Shown: positions 1-10,450 of the stretch, piece after piece
Position numbering within the stretch: the first letter of the stretch is position 1
Layout of the letters: each line of letters opens with the position of its first letter
Assembly (NCBI GenBank): GCA_041653755.1
Contig: JBAZEU010000002.1
Location: forward strand, 16,707 to 80,706
DNA from: Minisyncoccota bacterium
GTDB taxonomy: Bacteria; Patescibacteriota; Minisyncoccia; UBA6257; UBA9933
Direction: 5' to 3'
DNA: 64,000 nt
The notes under the pieces: model-generated
The model's input: the letters and a program-made list of their open reading frames with translations, nothing else
Told to the model about the DNA's origin: nothing
The model's database searches: none
Program-made: the position numbers and the translations under genes

Positions 1-1
1 A

Positions 2-526
2 TACGCAGATTTTATAAGTTTTGCTGTTTGGGATGAGATTGACCTTGATGATTTTTCAGCAATTGAAGAAGATATTGATATCTTAAACCAAAATATTCTT
101 ATTGTTGGTCTTAATATCAGTCGTGGCGTAAAAAAATTTCAAAATTTTCATGTTAGACATCGTGGCGGTAGAGATTCTTGGCTGAGGGGTGCATTCAATC
201 GCAGTTGTTTCCGTGGGGCTTACATGACTGATATTATTAAAAATGATGTGTCGCCAAAACAATCATTAGTAGATTTAAATAAAAATAATATTTTGAGAAA
301 TGTAGATGATTTTAGAAAAGAGATACATTTTATAGAGTGCAAAACTCCAGATATCATTGCGATCGGCGATAAAACAACCGAAATTTTACAACATTATTTT
401 CTTGAATATGCTGAAAGTATTTATTCTATACCGCATTATGCAAAACGTGGCATTAAGAAAGAAGAATTTTTTGAATCAGTGAAGGAATTAGAAGGAAAAT
501 TGATCAATAAAAAATTAGGCAAATAA
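2..526 (+). CDS. hypothetical protein, 5'-partial (frame open from window start; ATG at 224 is internal)
   Basis: Frame 2 has no stop from nt 2 to the TAA at 524-526; no recognisable motif. Confidence 0.4.
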   Translation, partial: YADFISFAVWDEIDLDDFSAIEEDIDILNQNILIVGLNISRGVKKFQNFHVRHRGGRDSWLRGAFNRSCFRGAYMTDIIKNDVSPKQSLVDLNKNNILRNVDDFRKEIHFIECKTPDIIAIGDKTTEILQHYFLEYAESIYSIPHYAKRGIKKEEFFESVKELEGKLINKKLGK

Positions 527-531
527 ATTTT

Positions 532-726
532 ATGAACGGACAAAATAGGGAAGACGTAAAAATCGGTTCGAAAGTGGAAATTGTGCTAAAGGCGGACCAG
601 AGAACGGGAACGCTTACTTACGGAATAGTGGCGGAAATTTTGACGAGCTCTAGTTTCCACCCTCATGGGATAAAAGTTCGCTTAGAAGACGGGCAGGTTG
701 GCCGGGTGCAAAATATTATTGAATAG
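532..726 (+). CDS. YwbE/DUF2196-like small protein
   Basis: 64 aa; KVEIVLK-DQRTG-LT-G-V-EILT-S--HPHGIKVRLEDGQVGRVQ pattern typical of DUF2196. Confidence 0.6.
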   Translation: MNGQNREDVKIGSKVEIVLKADQRTGTLTYGIVAEILTSSSFHPHGIKVRLEDGQVGRVQNIIE

Positions 727-2473
727 GGGTGTTGAGATATTTTTTAATCCCTTCTAATGCTTTTTGGGACCATTGCTTGGCTTTGGTCTTTTCTTTTTCT
801 AATTCCTCATCAGAAATTTTTGGCGATAGTTTTGTATTGGTTTGGTAGTAGATTTTTAAAAATGGTTCGGTGCCGGATGGACGAATAGTGATAGATTGAA
901 GCTTATCTGCAGACAGGTAAAAAGTTAAAGCGTTCGAATCAAGAAGATTATTTTTATCAAACCAGTCCTTTATTTTTAGAATTTTTTCGCCAGCCACTTC
1001 CTTCGGCGGATTCTTACGGAGTTTAGTCATTATTCCCCCCATTTTTGGAAAGTTTTCAGCTCCTTCAAAAGGAATTTCTAAAAGCGTTTCCCAGTAAAGG
1101 CCATATTTTTTGTAAAGTTCGTTTAGTTGGTCTATCAGGGTTTTATTTTTGCTTTTTAAAATCGAACAAAATTCAGCTAAAAGAAGCGCTGCGACAGCCG
1201 CATCTTTATCTCTAGCATAAATTCCTTTCAAGAAGCCGTTGGTGTCTTCAGCGCCGAAAGTAAATTTTCCGTTTTCATCAATCGTATGAATAATATATTT
1301 AAAACCAACTAGCAAATCGTCATTAATTTTTATATTAAATTCTTTCGCTAGATCGGATAAAAGAGAAGTAGTGATAAAAGTTTTAGAAATAAAAGAATTC
1401 TTATCCAGTCGTTTTCGGCCTCTTAATTCACTTAAAATATAAAACCCCAAGAGTGAAATGATTTGATTCCCGGTTAGAAAAACATATTTCCCATTTTTAT
1501 CGCGGCAAACTACGCCTAAACGATCAGCGTCTGGATCAGTAAAAAATCCGATATCGGCTTCAACCTCTTCGCATCTTTTGATAGTCAATTCTGCCGTTTC
1601 TTCGAATTCCGGATTAGGAATGTTGTTTTTGATTGTGGGGAATTTTCCATTTAGCTCCAGCTGTTCTTCTACTAAAAAGACATCCCTAAATCCGGCTTTT
1701 TCTATCACCGGTAAAACATTGGTTGCGCCGGTTCCGTGAAGAGGAGAAAAAACAATTTTTGCCGATCTGGCGCGAGGATTGAGAGATTCTCGAATTACGT
1801 TATATACATAAACATCATCGGTTTCTTCCTCAATAAATTTTATTTTTCCTTTTTCTTTGGCCTGTAAGAATCCCGTGGTTTTTATTTTTTCCGCTTTCTG
1901 GGCTAATTCTTTTATCTTTAATCCATCTTCCGGCATTACGGCGCCATCTTTGAAATATATTTTTATGCCGTTGTCGGTTGGGGGATTATGGCTGGCAGAA
2001 ATTACGATGCCGGCTTCGGCATTCAAGTGTCTTACGGTAAAAGACAGTTCAGGTGTTGAACGAGGGTTTTTAAAAAGATAAACCTGAAAACCATTAGCGA
2101 CAAAAATTGTGGCGACATAATTGGCAAAAACCTTTGAAGTCAGGCGAGTGTCGAAAGCGATTGCGACGCTGCCTTGATGCGTTTTTTTATTCAAAAAATC
2201 AGCTAGCCCCTGCGCTATCTCACCGATAGTAATTTTATTTATTCTGTTTGAGCCAACTCCGATTTTTCCGCGTCGGCCACTGGTACCGAAAGGAAGTATC
2301 TGGAAGAAAGCGTCATCAAGCTCTTCCCATTGATTCGATTGAATCAGTTCTTTCAAGTCTTTTTGGGAAGTTGCGTATTTCTTATCGCTAAGCCAGGCAA
2401 AAATATTTTTGTAAGCTGATGGAGAAATCTTTTTTTGTTTTAAGGCCGCATCAAGCTGCGGAAAAGAAGTCAT
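716..2473 (-). CDS. alpha-D-phosphohexomutase (phosphoglucomutase/phosphomannomutase family, PgcA-like)
   Basis: 585 aa; GTSGRRG and phosphoserine loop SASHNPPTDNGIK. Confidence 0.8.
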   Translation of the reverse strand: MTSFPQLDAALKQKKISPSAYKNIFAWLSDKKYATSQKDLKELIQSNQWEELDDAFFQILPFGTSGRRGKIGVGSNRINKITIGEIAQGLADFLNKKTHQGSVAIAFDTRLTSKVFANYVATIFVANGFQVYLFKNPRSTPELSFTVRHLNAEAGIVISASHNPPTDNGIKIYFKDGAVMPEDGLKIKELAQKAEKIKTTGFLQAKEKGKIKFIEEETDDVYVYNVIRESLNPRARSAKIVFSPLHGTGATNVLPVIEKAGFRDVFLVEEQLELNGKFPTIKNNIPNPEFEETAELTIKRCEEVEADIGFFTDPDADRLGVVCRDKNGKYVFLTGNQIISLLGFYILSELRGRKRLDKNSFISKTFITTSLLSDLAKEFNIKINDDLLVGFKYIIHTIDENGKFTFGAEDTNGFLKGIYARDKDAAVAALLLAEFCSILKSKNKTLIDQLNELYKKYGLYWETLLEIPFEGAENFPKMGGIMTKLRKNPPKEVAGEKILKIKDWFDKNNLLDSNALTFYLSADKLQSITIRPSGTEPFLKIYYQTNTKLSPKISDEELEKEKTKAKQWSQKALEGIKKYLNTPIQ

Positions 2474-2482
2474 GTGTTTTAT

Positions 2483-2833
2483 TTAATTTCTTTGGCTATT
2501 AATAAGTCCTAAAAGCATTTTTGATATAACTTCTAATTCTTTGTAAAAACCTTGAAATGTTTCTGTAGCGATTTGTTTTTCTTCGGAAATTATTTCCATC
2601 AAAGAGACGCATTCATAAACAGAGCCCCTAGCAATTGTATAAAAATTCTTTTTATCCGCTCTTGAAAATTTCCCGCTTCCCTCGGCTATATTTATTACCA
2701 TGCTAATGGAAGCTCTGCGTAGTTGATCACGGACATAAGAATCAATATGATTGTTATCTTTTAGGAATCTTAAAATCTTTTTATTCAGTTCTTTTGTCTT
2801 TTGATAAACGTTAAGATTTTCAAAATCAAACAT
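2483..2833 (-). CDS. four-helix-bundle protein (23S rRNA intervening-sequence protein family)
   Basis: 116 aa; FE-L-VYQK ... QLRRASIS--NIAEG-G ... IARGS--E pattern of the TIGR02436-type family. Confidence 0.8.
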   Translation of the reverse strand: MFDFENLNVYQKTKELNKKILRFLKDNNHIDSYVRDQLRRASISMVINIAEGSGKFSRADKKNFYTIARGSVYECVSLMEIISEEKQIATETFQGFYKELEVISKMLLGLINSQRN

Positions 2834-2937
2834 GTAATTTGTGTGAGTAACTTGTAGTTAGGGATAAATTTTTGCTATCAAATTACCAATTACTAAGTAC
2901 TAATTACTCAAATTTTGAGCATAGCGAAAAATTTATG

Positions 2938-3009
2938 TGCCCCCGATAGGAATCGAACCCATATCAACGCCTTAGAAGAGCGCTGCTCTGTCCATTGAGC
3001 TACAGGGGC
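2938..3009 (-). tRNA. tRNA-Arg (anticodon TCT)
   Basis: Reverse complement folds as a cloverleaf: acceptor GCCCCTG/CGGGGGC, T-loop GGTTCGATTCC, anticodon loop CTTCTAA. Confidence 0.65.
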
Positions 3010-3066
3010 TGACTATTAAAATCGTTATTGAAATAATATATTTTTTAGCGTAAAATTTCAATCTAA

Positions 3067-3137
3067 CGGAGAGTAGTATAATGGTAGTATTCGTGCTTTG
3101 GGAGCACGAGGCCCGGGTCCGATTCCCGGCTCTCCGA
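3067..3137 (+). tRNA. tRNA-Pro (anticodon TGG)
   Basis: Acceptor CGGAGAG/CTCTCCG, anticodon stem CGTGC/GCACG with loop TTTGGGA, T-loop GGTCCGATTCC. Confidence 0.75.
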
Positions 3138-3195
3138 CTCTTCAACGAATTCAGAGTCGTCCTGAACGAAGCCGAAGGACGACAAAAATAAAAAA

Positions 3196-3232
3196 GGCCT
3201 GATCATATAGCGATCAGGCCTTTGCGTGCTAA
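3196..3232 (-). terminator. rho-independent terminator (for the LysM gene; hairpin is symmetric)
   Basis: ggcctgatc ... gatcaggcc hairpin followed on the minus strand by a TTTTTTATTTTT run. Confidence 0.6.
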
Positions 3233-3241
3233 CCTCGAGGG

Positions 3242-3637
3242 TTAAAGATTTTTGGGATAAGAAAATTCACTATCCCATTGGTATTTTACTGCTGACGGAA
3301 TTAGTATTGGCTTATTAGCGGGGAGAGTTTGATCGATTCCGTTTTTTTGTCGAATTACTTCGATCAATAGTTGAGCATCGATTTTCTCTCCGTAAGATTT
3401 GGCGATACCCCAGAGAGTATTGCCGGGCTGAACTTGAATTTTTTGCCAACTAAGAACTTGTATATTCTTTGGTGTTGGCCAGCCCTGGTCTAATACTCCG
3501 GAGAATTTCCCCACAACCATTAAAAGAAGAAGTACCACCACAATCCAGCAAAAATTCTTATTATGCCTGCGTTCTTCCGCCTGTTGCAAGAGACTTGCGC
3601 GGTGGCTGCTTCCAATCGTTTCTCTTTTTTCTCTCAT
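3242..3637 (-). CDS. LysM domain membrane-anchored protein
   Basis: N-terminal hydrophobic segment, then LysM-like VQPGNTLWGIAKSYGEKIDAQLLIEVIRQKNGI. Confidence 0.7.
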   Translation of the reverse strand: MREKRETIGSSHRASLLQQAEERRHNKNFCWIVVVLLLLMVVGKFSGVLDQGWPTPKNIQVLSWQKIQVQPGNTLWGIAKSYGEKIDAQLLIEVIRQKNGIDQTLPANKPILIPSAVKYQWDSEFSYPKNL

Positions 3638-3807
3638 TTTTCTTCCCTCCGGTTAGCGTGAATTTGAAATTGTTAAGTTACAATTTAGAATATACATCAT
3701 AGCATAAAAGGTATTCTTTGTCAACTACCCTATCAAAGTCCTCAATGCTGACATTTAGTAAAACGGAATAATTTAGAATTTGTTTCTAACTCTAAAATTT
3801 TTTATTG

Positions 3808-3879
3808 TGCCTCGGGGCGGAATCGAACCACCGACGCCATCCTCTTCAGGGATGCGCTCTACCACTGAGCTACCGAGGC
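3808..3879 (-). tRNA. tRNA-Phe (anticodon GAA)
   Basis: Reverse complement GCCTCGGTAGCTCAGTGGTAGAGC...; anticodon stem CATCC/GGATG with loop CTGAAGA. Confidence 0.8.
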
Positions 3880-3956
3880 AATAAAATTTATTTTACAGAT
3901 TATAGATTTTAATTGCAAGAATTTTCGTTTTGTAATATATTAGACTTATTCGACAT

Positions 3957-4029
3957 GGAGACATTGGTGTAGTAGTAGCACAACAGTTTGTGGCACTGTT
4001 AGCAGGGGTGCAATCCCCCTATGTCTCCC
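3957..4029 (+). tRNA. tRNA-His (anticodon GTG) with encoded G-1
   Basis: Extra 5' G pairing with C73; anticodon stem ACAGT/ACTGT with loop TTGTGGC. Confidence 0.75.
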
Positions 4030-4044
4030 ACACTTTTTTGAAAC

Positions 4045-4072
4045 TTGACAACTTATTTTGGGTTGCTATACT
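4045..4072 (+). promoter_or_regulatory. sigma70-type promoter upstream of the 23S-5S operon
   Basis: TTGACA, 16-nt spacer, TATACT. Confidence 0.5.
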
Positions 4073-4370
4073 TAATTTGTATATGAAGATATTGTTATAC
4101 ATATTCAGCGGATGAAACACTCAGGCGTCTTATATTTTGCTTGAAGGTGTCCGCTAGATTGGCGGATTTTTTGTTGAAATGATGAACGGAAAGCTGTTTG
4201 AAAATTTAATAAAAGTTTTTATTCCGACTCGAGCGTGTGGAGTAAAAACTTTGCTAAGCATATATTTGTTATCTGTGCTTGGCACCCGAATTTGTTTCCG
4301 CCACATGCGGAGTAACAAATTCGGCAGAATAATATATTCGATATCTCGTTTCCTGAAAAATTTTAGGGAA

Positions 4371-7803
<3,433 letters not shown>

Positions 7804-7919
7804 TCCCTAAATTTTTCAGGAAACGAGAGAGCGAATATATTAAATTTTCAAACCAGAGCACAAAACAAGATTTTGTGCTCGGCCGAACACATAAAGATAT
7901 GTGCTCCGGTTTTAAAAAA

Positions 7920-8030
7920 CTTGCCAGTGATCTACTTGTGTGTGTCCCACCTCTTCCCATTCCGAACAGAGAAGTGAAAGCACATAGGGCCGATGATAGT
8001 CCTTCGGGGCGAAAGTAGGCTTTGCTGGCA
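7920..8030 (+). rRNA. rrf: 5S ribosomal RNA
   Basis: CCCACCTCTTCCCATTCCGAACAGAGAAGTGAAAG ... GCCGATGATAGT ... GAAAGTAGGCTTTGCTGGCA followed by a T7 run. Confidence 0.85.
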
Positions 8031-8058
8031 TTTTTTTGTTGTTTGAAAAAGTTGTATA
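8031..8058 (+). repeat. 28-nt direct repeat, copy 1 (tttttttgttgtttgaaaaagttgt)
   Basis: Near-identical copy at 8672-8697; the two copies flank the 8067-8630 gene. Confidence 0.6.
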
Positions 8059-8066
8059 ATTTGTTT

Positions 8067-8630
8067 ATGCCGAACTTAACGCCAGAGTTTCTATGTAGGG
8101 GTGATAACTTTTGTCTTTTTATATATTCTAAAAATTTCCAAATTCTTAGAATAGTCATTTTGTTTGTGTTGCTTTTATTGGTGATTGGGATTACTGGATT
8201 CATTATCAAGCTTTTCATAAAAAAATTAAAAACCGAATCTATAGACGATGTTACTAAACAACATATTGGCAAAAAAGGAATAAGAACAGGAATTTTAAAC
8301 TTAATATTCACTGCAATCACTTGGGTTATACTCGGCTTTCTTTACACCATTGGACCATCGGCTCAATCTTTTCTTTCTTCAGAAATGGTCATAATTTTTT
8401 TGTTTCCTGTCATAGCATCTATTCTAGAAATTCTTTTCTCTTTAAGAATGAACCAAAATTCTAAGGTTTCTAGAATAGTTCTTCTGATATGCTGGGCTAT
8501 TTCAATTTCTTTTTTCGTAGTAGCCGTATCAATCATTTTAGGTACCTTAACGGGTCCGATAGGTGTTGCCCTCGTTCTCATTATTACTTCTATAATATAT
8601 TTGGGTAACCGTAGGAAAAGAATAACTTAA
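8067..8630 (+). CDS. hypothetical integral membrane protein (4-5 TM helices)
   Basis: First ATG of the ORF; very hydrophobic with repeated TM-like segments. Confidence 0.55.
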   Translation: MPNLTPEFLCRGDNFCLFIYSKNFQILRIVILFVLLLLVIGITGFIIKLFIKKLKTESIDDVTKQHIGKKGIRTGILNLIFTAITWVILGFLYTIGPSAQSFLSSEMVIIFLFPVIASILEILFSLRMNQNSKVSRIVLLICWAISISFFVVAVSIILGTLTGPIGVALVLIITSIIYLGNRRKRIT

Positions 8631-8656
8631 GACAGAATTCAATATCGTATTAGGTC

Positions 8657-8678
8657 GCCACCGAAAAGTGGCTTTTTT
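8657..8678 (+). terminator. rho-independent terminator
   Basis: gccaccgaaaagtggc hairpin plus a T6 run. Confidence 0.6.
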
Positions 8679-8697
8679 GTTGTTTGAAAAGTTGTTG
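8672..8697 (+). repeat. 28-nt direct repeat, copy 2 (ttttttgttgtttgaaaagttgt)
   Basis: Matches 8031-8058. Confidence 0.6.
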
Positions 8698-8723
8698 ACG
8701 AGTAGAAATCTTTATTGTATATT
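8695..8723 (+). promoter_or_regulatory. sigma70-type promoter
   Basis: TTGACG, 17-nt spacer, TATATT. Confidence 0.45.
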
Positions 8724-8768
8724 AATAATAGCAACAATTTTGTATTACAAATAAATAAGGAGGATTTT

Positions 8769-8966
8769 ATGGCGAAATGGAAAGCAACGTATCGAAAAGA
8801 GGGGGTTAACCCGTTCAACCCAAACTACTGGGAGCTCGGCAATTCAATCGGCTCTATCACAACAAAAGAAGTGCCTGACGATACACCCCGCAAAGAAATA
8901 GAGAAGTTTGCGAGGAAAGTAACTCCAAAAGGGTACAGGTTCGTAAAAGTGGAAAAAGTTACGTAA
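8769..8966 (+). CDS. hypothetical small protein (65 aa)
   Basis: ATG 6 nt downstream of a strong AAGGAGG Shine-Dalgarno. Confidence 0.55.
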   Translation: MAKWKATYRKEGVNPFNPNYWELGNSIGSITTKEVPDDTPRKEIEKFARKVTPKGYRFVKVEKVT

Positions 8967-9004
8967 GAAAATATTTTTTGTATGTAATTTGGAAAGGAGG
9001 AATA

Positions 9005-9451
9005 ATGTCACAGAAACAAAAAGTTGTTTACCCCATTTTGAGCCAATCGAAACTGAGAAAACTTACTAAAGAACTGGTCGAGATGGGAGATGAAGGCGTA
9101 GTAAAAATTGATTCCCTCCGTGCGAATAAAGGTACTCTTGCTCTAAATATAAAACTGAGTCATAAAACGGGGTCGTTGAACAATGTATATATAGACGGGC
9201 TTTTGGGAATAGTCGGGTTCGAATTTAACCCCTGTAAGGAATTAGATAGGATATATGGCTCAACAGAAAAGTATTATATTTTCTCGTGGAAAAACGGGTT
9301 ATGGATTGCCCGTGGCGACAATTACTATTACGACGGTTATACTACAATATTGATTGAGTGGGCGAACAGGCTGGACAAGGAAACACGGGAAATTGTTTTA
9401 GACAATGATAGGGGAGAAAGAGTAGACGAACATGGGGATACGATAGAATAA
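9005..9451 (+). CDS. hypothetical protein (148 aa)
   Basis: ATG preceded by GGAAAGGAGG; followed by a strong terminator. Confidence 0.55.
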   Translation: MSQKQKVVYPILSQSKLRKLTKELVEMGDEGVVKIDSLRANKGTLALNIKLSHKTGSLNNVYIDGLLGIVGFEFNPCKELDRIYGSTEKYYIFSWKNGLWIARGDNYYYDGYTTILIEWANRLDKETREIVLDNDRGERVDEHGDTIE

Positions 9452-9469
9452 TGATTTACAAAGAAATCG

Positions 9470-9508
9470 AGGGCTTACTGGAAATTTCCAGTAAGCCCTG
9501 TTTTATTT
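9470..9508 (+). terminator. rho-independent terminator
   Basis: Perfect 11-bp stem gggcttactgg/ccagtaagccc followed by tgttttatttct. Confidence 0.75.
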
Positions 9509-9555
9509 CTAACAAGTTGCGGAGTGAGATTTTATGGGATAAAATGGACTTTATG

Positions 9556-9696
9556 CCCAGTAGTGAGCCGAGCGCTGCGTTTTCCGTAACGCCTCTGGGT
9601 ATACTAAGGTTTTTATTACCACATATAGAACTTGTTAATATTAAATGTCGATTAATAAAAACGATTGGGCGTTAATGCGCTCGATCTACTACTGGG
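9556..9696. repeat. 20-bp inverted repeat pair (cccagtagtgagccgagcgc / gcgctcgatctactactggg) separated by about 100 nt
   Basis: Arms complementary apart from an internal 4-nt stretch (16 of 20); the right arm ends 2 nt before the ATG at 9698. Confidence 0.5.
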
Positions 9697-9697
9697 T

Positions 9698-10447
9698 ATG
9701 AACCCACGAACCGTAAAGCAACTACTCTATTTCTTGTTATACGTAGCTATTTTGGCTGTGATTATTTTTTTGATATATCTTTGGCTTATTCAGCCGAAAT
9801 CGACTTGCTTTGATAACCGTCAGAATCAGAACGAGACCGGCATTGATTGCGGCGGGCCTTGTCAGTCATGCGAAATTAAGACACTTAAACCGTTAACGGC
9901 TCAAAAAATTAATTTTTCTCAAGCGCAGAATAAAGCTATTATCACTTTTGAAATTACTAATTCTAACCAAAATTTCGGCGCTGACAATTTTACTTATACG
10001 ATTGATTTTTATAATAAAGACGGAGCAAAAATCAATTCTTTGAGTAATAATTCGTTTATTTACGCTGCTGAGATAAAAGCAATTTTTGAAGTCGATGAAA
10101 AAGTAAATTTTTCAGAAATCAACAATGCTTCGATCAGTTTTTCTAATGTTCATTGGGTTTCAAAAGAAAATTTCAGCCAGCCGTCAATTGAATTGCAAAA
10201 TCAGAAAATTGTTAATGAAAAACCTTTAAAAATAGAAGGAACCGTTATCAATAAAAATAATTTTGGTATTAACCTTAAATTGATCGGGTTTATCTACGAT
10301 CATTATGGAATTCAAATTAGCGCGTCAAAAACAGAAATTGATAATTTAGGTGCAAAAGGGCAGATAGATTTTCAAATTGTTTTTCCGTCGGACGTTTTAT
10401 TTAACCAGAAAGACAGCAGTCAAGTTTTCATTGAGGCGAAACAATAG
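9698..10447 (+). CDS. hypothetical membrane-anchored protein with a CGGPCQSC motif
   Basis: First ATG (ORF track start at 9665 is a TTG); N-terminal TM helix then a soluble domain. Confidence 0.5.
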   Translation: MNPRTVKQLLYFLLYVAILAVIIFLIYLWLIQPKSTCFDNRQNQNETGIDCGGPCQSCEIKTLKPLTAQKINFSQAQNKAIITFEITNSNQNFGADNFTYTIDFYNKDGAKINSLSNNSFIYAAEIKAIFEVDEKVNFSEINNASISFSNVHWVSKENFSQPSIELQNQKIVNEKPLKIEGTVINKNNFGINLKLIGFIYDHYGIQISASKTEIDNLGAKGQIDFQIVFPSDVLFNQKDSSQVFIEAKQ

Positions 10448-10450
10448 ACA

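Noticed and set aside
1857-2081. Antisense ORFs embedded in large genes (1857-2081, 17144-17341, 26559-27101, 34684-34950, 56952-57293 and others)
   Set aside because: They are fully contained in well-supported genes on the opposite strand (phosphohexomutase, DNA glycosylase, mltG/zinc-ribbon region, recG, leuS) and lack start contexts.
4100-4185. Possible terminator/attenuator in the rRNA leader (ccgctagattggcgg plus T-run)
   Set aside because: The stem is only 4 bp; it is more likely part of the leader/antitermination region than a real terminator.
9451-9675. 74-aa ORF on the plus strand
   Set aside because: It runs straight through the perfect terminator hairpin at 9470-9508 and has no RBS.
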